Below, in pieces: positions 22,729-32,993 of a stretch of 64,000 bases of DNA. The DNA is from Pirellulales bacterium (GTDB lineage: Bacteria; Planctomycetota; Planctomycetia; Pirellulales; Thermoguttaceae), in assembly GCA_963845975.1 (NCBI GenBank), contig CAWJUD010000002.1, forward strand, positions 781,646 to 845,645, written 5' to 3'. Position 1 is the stretch's first letter. Every line of letters starts with the position of its first letter. The translations under genes and the position numbers were made by a program. The notes under the pieces were generated by a model. The model had not been told where the DNA came from. It searched no databases and saw nothing but the letters and a program-made list of their open reading frames with translations.

Positions 22729-23287
22729 TTCATAACCCCCGTGTAAAACACTCCTGGAATCACAATCTTTTATTTTACCATCATTTTATTATGTCCGGTG
22801 GAAAAATTGCAAGCAATTCCCGGACCCGACTTTTTTAATGTGGATAACAGCCCCCCCAATGTAGCTCCGGAATATCTTAACAATAGCCCCAAATGCAACC
22901 TCTCTTTGCATCTCTTGCTAATTCAACTAATTCAGGGTAAACTCAAATACCTGCCATAAAGATGGCCGATTACACACCTGAATCCTTTGCATAGGATACC
23001 CCTGAGATATTGAACAAGCTCATAAGTGCATTCGCCGGGGTAGCCAAAGCAACCGGCGGGTGCCAGCAGAAAGGCCTAATACGGCCGATCTTCACCCACC
23101 AGGGGGTTCACCTGCCACCTTCGCGATAGCCGTTCACCCGGTTGATTTTGTCGAGTGGCCGCAAAGGTTAACAAACTTGATTTAAAATTTATCGCCCTAA
23201 AATATAGTTACACAAGCCGTTTGGGATTGCTCCCTACGACAAGATTGCCGCGCTAACGGCCCGCAGGCCGCCCAAGTATCAACCGCC

Positions 23288-25378
23288 ATGGACATCGCAA
23301 AACTACGCAATATCGGCATCTCCGCCCATATCGACTCGGGCAAGACCACCCTTTCCGAGCGGATCTTGTTCTACACCGGCCGCATTCACCGCATGCAGGA
23401 AGTCCACGGCGACGGCGGCGGCGCTACCATGGACCACATGGAACTGGAAAAGGAACGCGGTATAACCATCACCAGCGCTGCCACGACCGTACATTGGGGC
23501 GATTCCGTTATCAACCTTATCGACACCCCCGGCCACGTCGACTTCACCGTCGAAGTAGAACGCAGCCTTCGCGTCCTCGACGGGGCAATCCTGGTGCTTT
23601 GTGCGGTCGGCGGAGTGCAGGCCCAATCGCTCACCATCGACCGCCAGATGCGACGCTATCATGTCCCCCGCCTGGCGTTCATCAACAAAATGGACCGCAT
23701 CGGCGCCGATCCGCACCAGGTAGTCGAACAACTGCGGGCAAAACTCGGTTGCGACGCCGTTTTGATGCAGTTGCCCATCGGCCGGGAAACCGAATTTCAA
23801 GGCATTATCGATCTCGTAACCCGCAAAGCAATTTACTTCGACGGCTTAAGCGGCGAAACGGTCCGCGAACAAGCCATTCCAGCCGAACTTGCCGCCGAAG
23901 CCCGGGCCGCCCGGCAGCACATGCTCGAAGCCCTCTCGATGTATAGCGACGAGCTTATGGAGTTGCTCCTGGCCGACAAACCCGTGCCCGAACAATTGAT
24001 TTACGATGTAACCCGCTCGGCAGTGGCGGAATTGGAATTTACGCCTGTTTTTCTGGGCTCGGCGTTTCGCAACAAAGGCGTCCAGCCGCTGTTGGACGCC
24101 GTGGTCCGCCTTTTACCCTCGCCTTTGGACGTGGAAATCAAGGCCTTTACCAAAAAAGAACCCGTCCGCGAACTCCAATTAACCCCCAATCCCGATAAAC
24201 CCATGGTCGCCATGGCGTTCAAAATGGTCGAGGATCCATATGGCACGCTTACCTTCATGCGGATCTATCAAGGCAGCATTAAAAAGGGCGAAAGTTATTA
24301 CAATCAGCGGACCGGGTGCAAGGAACGCTTCGGGCGCATTGTCCGCATGCACGCCGACGAACGCAAGGACATCGACGAGGCTACGGCCGGCGACATCGTG
24401 GCCGTGCTGGGCGTGGATTGCGCATCGGGCGACACGTATGCCTCCCAGCCGCACTATTGCCAGTTGCAGGGCATGTTCGTGCCCGAGCCGGTCATCCGCA
24501 TGGCCATAGCACCCATGACCCGCGACGGGGCCGACCGCCTAAGCAAGGCCTTGCACCGCTTCCGCCGCGAAGATCCCACGCTGCACGTATCGACCGACGA
24601 AGAGACCGGCGAAACGATCATTGCCGGCATGGGCGAGTTGCACTTGGACATCTACGTGGAACGCATCCGCCGCGAATACAACGTGGCCGTCGAGGTCAGC
24701 CCGCCCAGGGTCAACTACCGCGAAGCCCCCACGCAACCGGCAAAGTTCAATACCCGCCACAAAAAACAAACCGGCGGATCGGGCCAGTTCGCACACATCG
24801 TCGGCAAACTCGACGTGCTGCCCGAGGATGCCGAGGAAAACTTCGTCTTTGAAGAAGACGTCGTGGGCGGGCGTGTGCCCAAACAATACATCCCGGCCGT
24901 GGAAAAAGGCTTTCGTTCATTGCTCAACAAGGGCCCGATCGCCGGCTATCCGGTCGTCAAACTCTCGGTAACCCTCGAAGACGGCTCTTATCACGAAGTC
25001 GACAGCTCCGATCTGGCATTCCAAATCTGCGCCCAGACCGCCATGCGCGAGGCCTTTCCCAAAACTAAGCCCGTGCTCCTGGAGCCGGTGATGAAGATCG
25101 AGATCGAGTGCCCCGCACAATTCCAGGGCTCGGTCGTGGGCAATCTGACCTCCCGCCGCGGCCTGATATTGGCCGCCGAAGTTCACGGCCCAGACGTCCG
25201 CATCGAAGGCGAAGTCCCCCTGGCCGAAACCTTCGGCTACGCCACCGATCTTAGGAGCATGACCCAAGGCCAAGGCACCTTCACCATGGAATTCGCCCGC
25301 TACAAGCGCCTGCCCAAAACTCTCGAAGAAGAAATCATCGCCGAGCGGAAAAAAGCGGCAATGGCCGGGGCGGTGTAA
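23288..25378 (+). CDS. fusA: Translation elongation factor G
   Basis: AHIDSGKTT G1 box, DTPGHVDF, NKMD, full five-domain length of 696 aa. Confidence 0.9.
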   Translation: MDIAKLRNIGISAHIDSGKTTLSERILFYTGRIHRMQEVHGDGGGATMDHMELEKERGITITSAATTVHWGDSVINLIDTPGHVDFTVEVERSLRVLDGAILVLCAVGGVQAQSLTIDRQMRRYHVPRLAFINKMDRIGADPHQVVEQLRAKLGCDAVLMQLPIGRETEFQGIIDLVTRKAIYFDGLSGETVREQAIPAELAAEARAARQHMLEALSMYSDELMELLLADKPVPEQLIYDVTRSAVAELEFTPVFLGSAFRNKGVQPLLDAVVRLLPSPLDVEIKAFTKKEPVRELQLTPNPDKPMVAMAFKMVEDPYGTLTFMRIYQGSIKKGESYYNQRTGCKERFGRIVRMHADERKDIDEATAGDIVAVLGVDCASGDTYASQPHYCQLQGMFVPEPVIRMAIAPMTRDGADRLSKALHRFRREDPTLHVSTDEETGETIIAGMGELHLDIYVERIRREYNVAVEVSPPRVNYREAPTQPAKFNTRHKKQTGGSGQFAHIVGKLDVLPEDAEENFVFEEDVVGGRVPKQYIPAVEKGFRSLLNKGPIAGYPVVKLSVTLEDGSYHEVDSSDLAFQICAQTAMREAFPKTKPVLLEPVMKIEIECPAQFQGSVVGNLTSRRGLILAAEVHGPDVRIEGEVPLAETFGYATDLRSMTQGQGTFTMEFARYKRLPKTLEEEIIAERKKAAMAGAV

Positions 25379-25575
25379 AACTGAAGCATATCTCTGACTG
25401 CTTGTCATATACTGCCCAGGTTTTCTCGTTCAGAAACTCTCTTTTTAAAATGCCGTCTGCTACGGGTATTTGCCCGCAAATTATATAGAGCGTTAGCGAG
25501 GCGACAGCATTACCCGCCGCATTGACTCGGCCGATATGTAATGCCATACAATGGTCACACTACATGTTGTCTTTA

Positions 25576-26097
25576 TTACTTTGTCAACCAGATAATCAGA
25601 TGGTAGGCGCCGTAAGTGACTGCCAAACCGAACAAAATAAGAAAAATAATAAGGTAGCACAAACCCCAAAACGGTATAGAAGGCAGTTCGTCGATGTACT
25701 CCATGATGACTCTGAATTTCTCTGGATCTGGAACTCTATCTACGCGCTCCCGCAAAATCTCAGGATCTCGCTTAATAAATATAGTGTCTTCAATGGCTAT
25801 TTCGAGCAGCCTTGGATAGTCCCAGATCTCGCCGGTTGGTTCGATGTCATAAAAATCGTCTTGCGAGCGATATACCATGCAATAAGCGCGACCCGCACAA
25901 TCGATGGCCCTATCTTCTGGCATCCAGTCCTGAATCTTTTGGCCCTCGTGCCCCAAGGCGTCGAGGAGGCATTCTTGATCGGGGAAAAAGCCCAGCTTTC
26001 GTTTACAGGCAGGTTCATACGTCACGAATGGCCCCGTGGTGTTGATAATCTTGCCGGGTCCGCCGTCCTGATTATTAGATTGTGTTTTTCCTTCCAT
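25576..26097 (-). CDS. Hypothetical acidic protein with C-terminal transmembrane anchor
   Basis: Preferred over the overlapping + strand ORF on composition grounds; region is lower GC. Confidence 0.4.
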   Translation of the reverse strand: MEGKTQSNNQDGGPGKIINTTGPFVTYEPACKRKLGFFPDQECLLDALGHEGQKIQDWMPEDRAIDCAGRAYCMVYRSQDDFYDIEPTGEIWDYPRLLEIAIEDTIFIKRDPEILRERVDRVPDPEKFRVIMEYIDELPSIPFWGLCYLIIFLILFGLAVTYGAYHLIIWLTK

Positions 26098-26162
26098 ATT
26101 CGAAAACTCCAGTTATAAGGATATTGCCCTATCGGCTAACCAGGTTTAATGTCATTAATGCC

Positions 26163-26567
26163 TTATTTTGCCGTTTCCATGGCCGCCGCGCGTACGAAAT
26201 CCGAAAGTCCGGTGAAACCTTTTCGTTTTGCCGTCGCCTCCAATAGCACTTTTTCTTCCGCCGTTAGTCGAACATTGACTTGCGTTGTACGAGTGCCTTC
26301 CCGTGCCGGTGTCGGCGGTCGTTTACCTTCTTCGAGCAAGTATGCCACCCAACCGGCAAACGCCTCTCGGGTGTTTTTCACGCATTGGTCGACGGTTTTG
26401 CCATCGCCGTGTATGCCGGGCAACTCCAGCCCACGGCCGTACCAGCGGCCATCCTCGAAACTTAGAATGACCTGATACTGATCGGCAATCTTTTTGGCCT
26501 TGGCCATTATCTTGGCATCAAACGGCCGATCAATCGCCTTGGCAGACTTTTTCGACTTGATGGACAA
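26163..26567 (-). CDS. hicB: HicB-family antitoxin-like protein (RNase-H-like N-domain + ribbon-helix-helix C-terminus), no adjacent HicA
   Basis: YQVILSFEDGRWYGRGLELPGIHGDGKTVDQCVKNTREAF...LLEEGKRPP pattern; VNVRLTAEEK RHH. Confidence 0.55.
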   Translation of the reverse strand: MSIKSKKSAKAIDRPFDAKIMAKAKKIADQYQVILSFEDGRWYGRGLELPGIHGDGKTVDQCVKNTREAFAGWVAYLLEEGKRPPTPAREGTRTTQVNVRLTAEEKVLLEATAKRKGFTGLSDFVRAAAMETAK

Positions 26568-26585
26568 AACAGGGCTTCCTTTTGT

Positions 26586-26960
26586 CTATTTGCCTTTCCT
26601 CTTTCTCCGAGTTTCGATCACGTTCATTATCTTATCCACGGTTTTGGGGGCGGCTGTATGCTTTCCTGTTTCAATTCGCGATATGGTTTCCTGGCGTATG
26701 CCTGCCAATTCGGCCAGTTTCTGTTGACTTAGACCGGCGCGTTTTCGATCTCGAATCAAGTCTCGAGCCAAAGAAATGCGAGCATATTCCAAGGCCGAAA
26801 TACGGCCGTTCTTATCCGGCTTAGGCAGCGGCGGCAGTTCTTCATCGTCCACCGATAATGCCTGGCCTGCCTCGCGGCACAATCGTTCGTATTCAATTTT
26901 TGGCAATAACACAAATTGCTTGCCTTCCACTTCGATATGTTGTAATCCGATCATTTTCAT
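26586..26960 (-). CDS. XRE-family helix-turn-helix antitoxin (HigA-like)
   Basis: AGLSQQKLAELAGIRQETISRIETGK HTH; directly abuts the upstream toxin gene. Confidence 0.65.
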   Translation of the reverse strand: MKMIGLQHIEVEGKQFVLLPKIEYERLCREAGQALSVDDEELPPLPKPDKNGRISALEYARISLARDLIRDRKRAGLSQQKLAELAGIRQETISRIETGKHTAAPKTVDKIMNVIETRRKRKGK

Positions 26961-27215
26961 TCACTCCTTATAAAAACCATCGCGGTGTCCCACTCGCTCG
27001 ATAATTACTTCCGCGCCTCGAATGTGAAATTGCAGGCGATAATCTCCCGTGCGTATTCGATATCGCCCTGTAAGGTTTCCGCGCAACGGCTTGGCTCCGC
27101 TTACATTCGGCCAATGTTCCAGGCGTTCGATAATAGTTATGATGCGAGACTTGATTCGCTCAGGCAGTCGAGCGTATTGTTCCGCCGCTTCCACTTCAAA
27201 GGTCACTCTTGCCAT
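26961..27215 (-). CDS. RelE/ParE-family toxin (toxin-first HigB-like arrangement)
   Basis: 84 aa; LTGRYRIRTGDYRLQFHI...IIERVGHRDGFY C-terminal signature. Confidence 0.7.
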   Translation of the reverse strand: MARVTFEVEAAEQYARLPERIKSRIITIIERLEHWPNVSGAKPLRGNLTGRYRIRTGDYRLQFHIRGAEVIIERVGHRDGFYKE

Positions 27216-27272
27216 GACATTATTATGACATCTTTATGACATTTGTCAAGTTGGTTGTTCGCGATTGAGAAG

Positions 27273-28194
27273 TTATAGCCGCCCGGCGGGAGTGTCGGCG
27301 CGAAGCTGGGCGATCATGTCGCGGGTAGCCGATTCCACGGCCTCCTGCCAGCGGGAAGCGCCGAAGCGCTCGGAGTAGGGTTTTATGGCATGGGCGAAGA
27401 TGATGCCCCGGGAATTGTTGATGATCGCGCCTTTTCCCTGCCCATCGAATGCGCCGGCAACATCTCCGGCCGATCCGCCTTGAGCCCCGTAGCCGGGCAC
27501 TAGAAACCATGTATGGGGCATCGCCGCGCAGCTCGGCCAACTGCCGCGGATATGTGGCGCCGGCCACCGCTCCGACTATCCCATACCCGCAATCGCCCGC
27601 GGTCTCAGCGGCCATGCGCTCCACATATTCGGCCACATGGGCGAAAATCGGCTGCCCGCCGGCCAGTAAATCCTGTATCATCCTCCCGCCCGGATTGGAA
27701 GTTTTCACCAATACAAACACCCCGGCCGATCGCTCCCGGGCCACGTCGATAAACGGGCGCAGACTGTCTTCGCCCAGGTAAGGATTTACTGTCAAGGCGT
27801 CCGCGCCCCAAGGGCTTTGTCCGCCGGCCCCTAAAAAACCCTGGGCATAGGCCGTGGCCGTAGATCCGATGTCGTTGCGCTTGCCGTCCAAAATTACCAG
27901 TAGACCTTTTTCCCGGGCGTAAGCCATGATTTCGGCTAAAACCCCCATCCCGCTGGGACCTAGTCGTTCAAAAAAGGCGGCCTGCGGCTTGACCGCCGGG
28001 ACCAGCGGGGCGACCACGTCGATAACTCCCATGCAAAATCGCTTGCAGGCCTGGGCCTGCTCGTTCCAGTCATTCACACCTTCGATGGGCAACAAACCCT
28101 GTGGCAAAGATTCGATCCGCGGATCCAATCCCACCGACACCGGATTTTTCAAACGCCCCACCGCATCGGCCAAGCGATCGATAAACGAATTCAC
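27273..28194 (-). CDS. pyrF: Orotidine 5'-phosphate decarboxylase (type 2); one frameshift near 27530
   Basis: VSVGLDPR and ILDGKRNDIGSTA motifs in ORF 27223-28194; C-terminal WFLVPGYGAQGG in ORF 27273-27521. Confidence 0.75.
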
Positions 28195-28386
28195 GATATG
28201 AGTTCCTGAGTTATCAGTTACCAGTTTTCAGATATCAGTTTACCGCCTCCCGCCTCCGGCCTCCAGCCTTCGGCCACCCCCCGCAGCCTAAAGCCTTACA
28301 GTTCAAAGCCTATAAAAGGGCGTTGCATAATCGGCTTTGATTTGTCATACTGGTAGTCAACGGATATTGATGAGCCCATACCCAAT

Positions 28387-28461
28387 TCGGGGCGTGGCGC
28401 AGTCTGGCTAGCGCGTCTGAATGGGGTTCAGAAGGTCGCAAGTTCGAATCTTGTCGCCCCG
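28387..28461 (+). tRNA. tRNA-Pro (anticodon GGG)
   Basis: Manual fold: acceptor CGGGGCG/CGCCCCG, D stem GCGC/GCGC, anticodon stem TCTGA/TCAGA with loop ATGGGGT (U33, GGG, G37), T arm GCAAG-TTCGAAT-CTTGT, discriminator A; no encoded CCA. Confidence 0.85.
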
Positions 28462-28466
28462 ACAAC

Positions 28467-28509
28467 GCAAGCCCTTGCGTGACAATAAGTTGCGCAAGGG
28501 CTTGTTTTT
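28467..28509 (+). terminator. Rho-independent terminator after tRNA-Pro
   Basis: Perfect 12-bp stem caagcccttgcg / cgcaagggcttg with 12-nt loop, then TTTTTT. Confidence 0.6.
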
Positions 28510-28787
28510 TGGGGGGGGTTCCGGAAAAGAATGATTTCCGCCCCAATTTCGAACCGTTGAAAAATAAGTTTTAGGTTCAAAAGTTCAGGAAAGATATCCT
28601 TGCCGCTGTTCTATTAGTAAGCGGACCACCACGGCCATAGTCCTGGGCATGACCTGCCGGCCTCTGACCGTCAACCTGTACAAATGTTTCATATTGCAAT
28701 GCTGATATAGGGAATTATGTTAGATGATTGATAGGCATTCTTCGGTCGGATTCCCTGCCCCATCCGGCCACCGCCTATCAAATACAG

Positions 28788-28826
28788 CCCCCATGCCCGG
28801 CTAGTCCGGGCATGGGGGTTTTTATT
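28788..28826 (+). terminator. Orphan rho-independent terminator (possible 3' end of a small transcript)
   Basis: cccccatgcccgg-ctagt-ccgggcatggggg followed by tttttatt; no protein gene upstream. Confidence 0.5.
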
Positions 28827-29110
28827 ATTTTACCCGTCGATTACCACAGAATAAAGATCACTCATGCAAAAAACGGCTAAAATAGGTGTGAAAATGGACA
28901 GCTCCGCAGAACACCGGCGTTGGTTTCCGCGTGGTTAGTGTTCCTGAACCCGGTAGGATTACGATGTTGCTTTTTGGTGCCATCAGCCTCTTAACCTAAA
29001 CTTGGCGACCCCGCAAGCAATAACATATCTATTCCGAATTCTAAAATATGAATTGCGGCCGATGGATTCTTTATCCGCTGGCCGTTCATAAGCCTCTGAA
29101 TTGGGTTTAA

Positions 29111-29138
29111 TAGGTCGCAAGTTCAAATCTTATCGACC
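29111..29138. repeat. Degenerate direct repeat of the tRNA-Pro 3' end (att-like remnant)
   Basis: taggtcgcaagttcaaatcttatcgacc versus tRNA aaggtcgcaagttcgaatcttgtcgccc, 24 of 28 identical. Confidence 0.5.
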
Positions 29139-29277
29139 ATACTTTAGTGAGAAATTAGCCCTTCAGCCAAAACGTCGAAAGGCTTTCTCATTTTGGGGAT
29201 TGGAGTTACGACATCGAGACGTGCGGCCGAAAACTAGATGCATATCCGTTTTGAGTCCCTGTTTTCTGAAAATTTGT

Positions 29278-30354
29278 TCAGTCTGAGTATCTTTTTCTCA
29301 TACTCTGCGACCAACGGTATCCCAGTAGCCAAATAGCACCGATGCCGAGCAGAATGATGGCAGAAGGCTCGGGGATAGATTGCGCCAAGATGATCCCTTT
29401 GCTACCATCGCCAAAAGTTGCGTAGAAAGCGATGTCACCAGCGTCGTTCACGGAGGCATTTGTGGTCGTAGTAGCACTCCAAATGAAGCCGCTGATCGTC
29501 TTACCACCGATCACGTCACCTGTCTTGGCGATCACACTGTGTTGAGTAAAAAGGCCCGATCCGCCGGAATACGTCCCGTAAAACACCACAGTCCCAACGT
29601 CGTTCAAGGCAGGATCGGAACCTACATCAGTCAATGTCAAGCCTTCGATGATGTCGCCCGGCTTGGCGATGATACTGTTTTGGGTAAAGATGCCCGAGCC
29701 GCCGGAAGCAATATTCCCGTGAAAAGCCACTGTTCCCATGTCGTTCAAGAATGGTCCGTTGCCAAAACCATTAATTTTTACGCCGCCAATTGTATCGCCA
29801 GGCGTGACGAGTACGCTATCTTGGGAAAAAATTGCAAAGCGGATGCCATTTCCGTAGGTGTAATCGCCCAAGAAAGCCACATCACCCGCGTTGTTCATCT
29901 TACGATCACCTAGATCAGAAACATCCTTCAGAGTGTGGCTGCCAATGGTGTCGCCTGTTTTAGCAATCGCCCCATTTTGGGTGAAAATGCCCGACCCGCC
30001 CGAATACATTCCAACGAACTCCACAATGCCCGCATTATTCACGGAACACGAATCGCCAAAATCAGTTAATGTCAAGCCGCTAATGGTGTCGCCCGTCTTG
30101 GCGATAAGAGCATTTTGGGTGAAAATGCCCGAGCCACCGGAATAAGAACCTTGAAACGCCACAATGCCCGTGTTGTTCAGGGAAGGATTCTCAGGGTAGA
30201 TGTTGTTCAAAATTTTGCCGCCAATCGTGTCACCAGTTTTTGCAACTATACTCAGTTGATATTGTGCCTTTGCTTCTCCAACAGCCAAGGTCAAGAGCAG
30301 TACCATTTCGATTGCCGGCAATCCTGTTAGTCGATTCATTGCTATTGCTCCCAA
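29278..30354 (-). CDS. PEP-CTERM sorting-domain protein with about 45-aa tandem repeats
   Basis: C-terminal PEPSAIILLGIGAIWLLGYRW + basic tail; repeated SGGSGIFTQN.IAKTGDTI motif; N-terminal signal peptide. Confidence 0.7.
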   Translation of the reverse strand: MGAIAMNRLTGLPAIEMVLLLTLAVGEAKAQYQLSIVAKTGDTIGGKILNNIYPENPSLNNTGIVAFQGSYSGGSGIFTQNALIAKTGDTISGLTLTDFGDSCSVNNAGIVEFVGMYSGGSGIFTQNGAIAKTGDTIGSHTLKDVSDLGDRKMNNAGDVAFLGDYTYGNGIRFAIFSQDSVLVTPGDTIGGVKINGFGNGPFLNDMGTVAFHGNIASGGSGIFTQNSIIAKPGDIIEGLTLTDVGSDPALNDVGTVVFYGTYSGGSGLFTQHSVIAKTGDVIGGKTISGFIWSATTTTNASVNDAGDIAFYATFGDGSKGIILAQSIPEPSAIILLGIGAIWLLGYRWSQSMRKRYSD

Positions 30355-30603
30355 AGAGAGTAGAGGAATCCTCTAATTATTCAAGTGACAGCTTGGCCCG
30401 AATAATTCGCCTAAGAAGATAAACAGCTTATTATACTAATCTATTTTTTTGAAAAATCAATAGGCACTACGCCTGGAAAAGCCGGACGGCAGGCTTGATC
30501 GCTCATCAATAATCCGATATAAAGTGGGGGTGAAGGGCCTTTTATGAAGACAAGGATTAGGCGTCGGATATGCGGTTCGATGGCCGCGATACTACACAAG
30601 ATA

Positions 30604-30665
30604 AGTTCAATTGGCATCCTGTCGCCCCGACACTGAAAGCCCTTGCGCGACAATGAGTTACGCAG
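30604..30665. repeat. Second diverged copy of tRNA-Pro 3' end plus terminator stem (att-like remnant)
   Basis: gttcaattggcatcctgtcgccccgaca + aagcccttgcgcgacaatgagttacgcag aligns to 28441-28500. Confidence 0.5.
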
Positions 30666-30699
30666 TGCACACTTTATTAGGGATTTGAGATCGGGGGAA

Positions 30700-30855
30700 T
30701 CAAACTTTTTGCGGCGGGGTAGCGGTTATAGTGCTGTAGATAATATACCCGACCATGAAAATAACCCACGCTGTCCAGCCCACGGCCGACACGTAAACGT
30801 ACCAATTACTGGGATAGGCAATATAGGCCAAAAAAGCTTTTTTTATTGCATCCAT
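30700..30855 (-). CDS. Small membrane protein (51 aa), not in ORF track
   Basis: MDAIKKAFLAYIAYPSNWYVYVSAVGWTAWVIFMVGYIIYSTITATPPQKV; strong Shine-Dalgarno cagaGGAGaatatATG. Confidence 0.4.
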   Translation of the reverse strand: MDAIKKAFLAYIAYPSNWYVYVSAVGWTAWVIFMVGYIIYSTITATPPQKV

Positions 30856-31007
30856 ATATTCTCCTCTGACGTTTTGTTAGATCTCCTTCTTTAGTTGGTT
30901 TACAGAATTAAAACTAATATATTTTAAATTAAAAAAGGCGATTTGCAAAGTCTGTTTATTCACTCTGATTATACAGTCGATTTGATCCTAATTGGTGGGC
31001 TCACAAA

Positions 31008-32993
31008 TTACATTTTCGGTATTTCTTTCGGAGCAGGCGTTGCCGGGTCTGTTGGCGCGGATGGGGAAGCAATCCGCTCGGTTAGAAATTTCATAAGCGT
31101 AGCTCCCACGCCGTCCAGCGTGGCGCCGCCGCCGAGGGCCAATATTTCGGGCATGATTTTTACACCCCGTTCGGCCAAGGCGGTGGTGACGTTGATGATT
31201 GCCGTCGGCCCCTGGCCTAACGCGCGGACCTGGGCCTCAAAACCCTTTGCCCGGGCAAGTCCCACGGCTTCGACCTCGGCCCCTTTGGCGCGTCCCGTTT
31301 CGGCGATATAAGTCGCTTCGCCGTCGGCCTGTCTTTTGCGGGCCTGGGCGGTTTGCGTGGCGATCTCCACGCCCACCTGGGCCTGGGCCAACTGGGCCTG
31401 CATGTCGGCGGTGCCTTTGGTCTTTTCCATGTCGATCCGCAATTGCTGGGCCTCCTGCTGCATCTTGTATGTCGCCTTCTCCTGGTTGGCGATCTCGCGT
31501 TGCGTGAGGACCTTGACCAGGGCTTCGGGCAGGATCACGTCCTGGATGTACACGCCGCGGGTTTCCACTTCGTACTGGCTTAATTGTGCGCGAATGTGCT
31601 CCAGCGCTCTTTCCTGCACCTGCTGGCGGGTCTCGATGAATTGGATGGCCGGCATGCTTTGCAGTTTATCGCGGAAATGATTGCCCACGGCGGCTTGCAG
31701 CACTTCGTTGACAAGGTTGGCGATAGTGCCCACCATGCTGATTACGCGCGGGGCGGTGGTGTCGGGCACGTGGATCTGCACGACCAGTTCGATTTTGAAT
31801 ACGAAACCTTCCCGGCTCTTGGCTTCGATCTGCGACAATCGCTCGTCGAGCTTGTGGGCCATGCTTACCGCCTCGGACCAGTTGAGGCTGAGGATGGCCG
31901 TGGGCACTTTCTCGGCTTCGTAGCATCGCGGATTGATGGCGTATTTGCCGGTCCGCAGCGGTTCCTGCCATATACCGCGATGGCCGGGCCGAACGATCGA
32001 GCCGAATTTGAAAGCCGCGCCCGAGGTGTCTTCGGTGGGCAGCCCGACGTAGGCCTTGATGACTGCCACCTCGCCTTGCTTGACGACCAGCATGGGCACT
32101 TCCTCGACCCGCACCAGGAACGGATTGAGCAAGTATGCCCCGTAAAGCAGCGTATCGTGTTGCAGCCCGATCTTGCCGCCGGCCTTTAAAAACGCGTCAA
32201 AATCCTGATAGTTGTTGTGCTCGGCCGACTTCGATCCGATCAAGGCCTCGATGAGCGTCTGATCGGTGGTTTTTTCAGCTTCGAGTTTTTTGATATCGTC
32301 GAATTCGCCCAGTCGGCCGGCAATTGCCCCGGAGGGCAAAGGTTTGCCTTCCAAAGTCGTGACGATGCCGCAGGTATCGATGACCCCCTCGCCTTCGGCC
32401 GATTGCGGCGTAATCACCGTAACCTTAAGCTGGTCCTCTTCCAAGCCGAAGGATTGAAAAGTAAATTTGCCGTAAAACTGCAATCGCTGAAATTCTTTGG
32501 CCACGGGGACCCCGTATACGCGTTCCCGGGTGATCACCAGAAAGCCCACCGGATGCACGGGCATGAGGCTGCCCGGCGGTAAAACCGGGCGCTGCACGCC
32601 TTTTTGTCCGCCGGCCTTCAGCCATGCCCTAAGGTCGGTGATCAAGTTCAATTCGCTGAGCGACTCGGCCGACTTTGCCCCGACCGGAAGCGGCCGGCCC
32701 ACCTGTGCCACGACCACGCCGATCTCCCCGGCCCGAACCTGGACCCAAGGATGCTTTTCCACCGCGTACACGATCCATAACTTGAAGTGCCAGCCCGGCA
32801 TCAAAAGATCGGCTTGGTAGCCTGCCTCGCCGTGGAAGGCGATTGGGTTGTCGTCGGGGAGTTTTTTTAATGAGAATCGCTTTGTAACCAGCCCGACCGA
32901 CGTCGGTCCGATAATCCTGATCGAAGGCAATACCAAAATCACGATTAGTGCCGCAAGGATCCCTACAGACCAATACAAAACCAACAGTGCCAT
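31008..32993 (-). CDS. SPFH/band-7 domain flotillin-like protein
   Basis: 661 aa; N-terminal TM, SPFH core and long Ala/Gln/Glu-rich coiled coil (QAQLAQAQVGVEIATQTAQARKRQA). Confidence 0.7.
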   Translation of the reverse strand: MALLVLYWSVGILAALIVILVLPSIRIIGPTSVGLVTKRFSLKKLPDDNPIAFHGEAGYQADLLMPGWHFKLWIVYAVEKHPWVQVRAGEIGVVVAQVGRPLPVGAKSAESLSELNLITDLRAWLKAGGQKGVQRPVLPPGSLMPVHPVGFLVITRERVYGVPVAKEFQRLQFYGKFTFQSFGLEEDQLKVTVITPQSAEGEGVIDTCGIVTTLEGKPLPSGAIAGRLGEFDDIKKLEAEKTTDQTLIEALIGSKSAEHNNYQDFDAFLKAGGKIGLQHDTLLYGAYLLNPFLVRVEEVPMLVVKQGEVAVIKAYVGLPTEDTSGAAFKFGSIVRPGHRGIWQEPLRTGKYAINPRCYEAEKVPTAILSLNWSEAVSMAHKLDERLSQIEAKSREGFVFKIELVVQIHVPDTTAPRVISMVGTIANLVNEVLQAAVGNHFRDKLQSMPAIQFIETRQQVQERALEHIRAQLSQYEVETRGVYIQDVILPEALVKVLTQREIANQEKATYKMQQEAQQLRIDMEKTKGTADMQAQLAQAQVGVEIATQTAQARKRQADGEATYIAETGRAKGAEVEAVGLARAKGFEAQVRALGQGPTAIINVTTALAERGVKIMPEILALGGGATLDGVGATLMKFLTERIASPSAPTDPATPAPKEIPKM

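Noticed and set aside
25522-26118. Plus-strand 198-aa ORF
   Set aside because: It overlaps the minus-strand 173-aa ORF, which has a more protein-like composition and a clear C-terminal TM anchor. Only one can be real, and the minus strand was preferred at low confidence.
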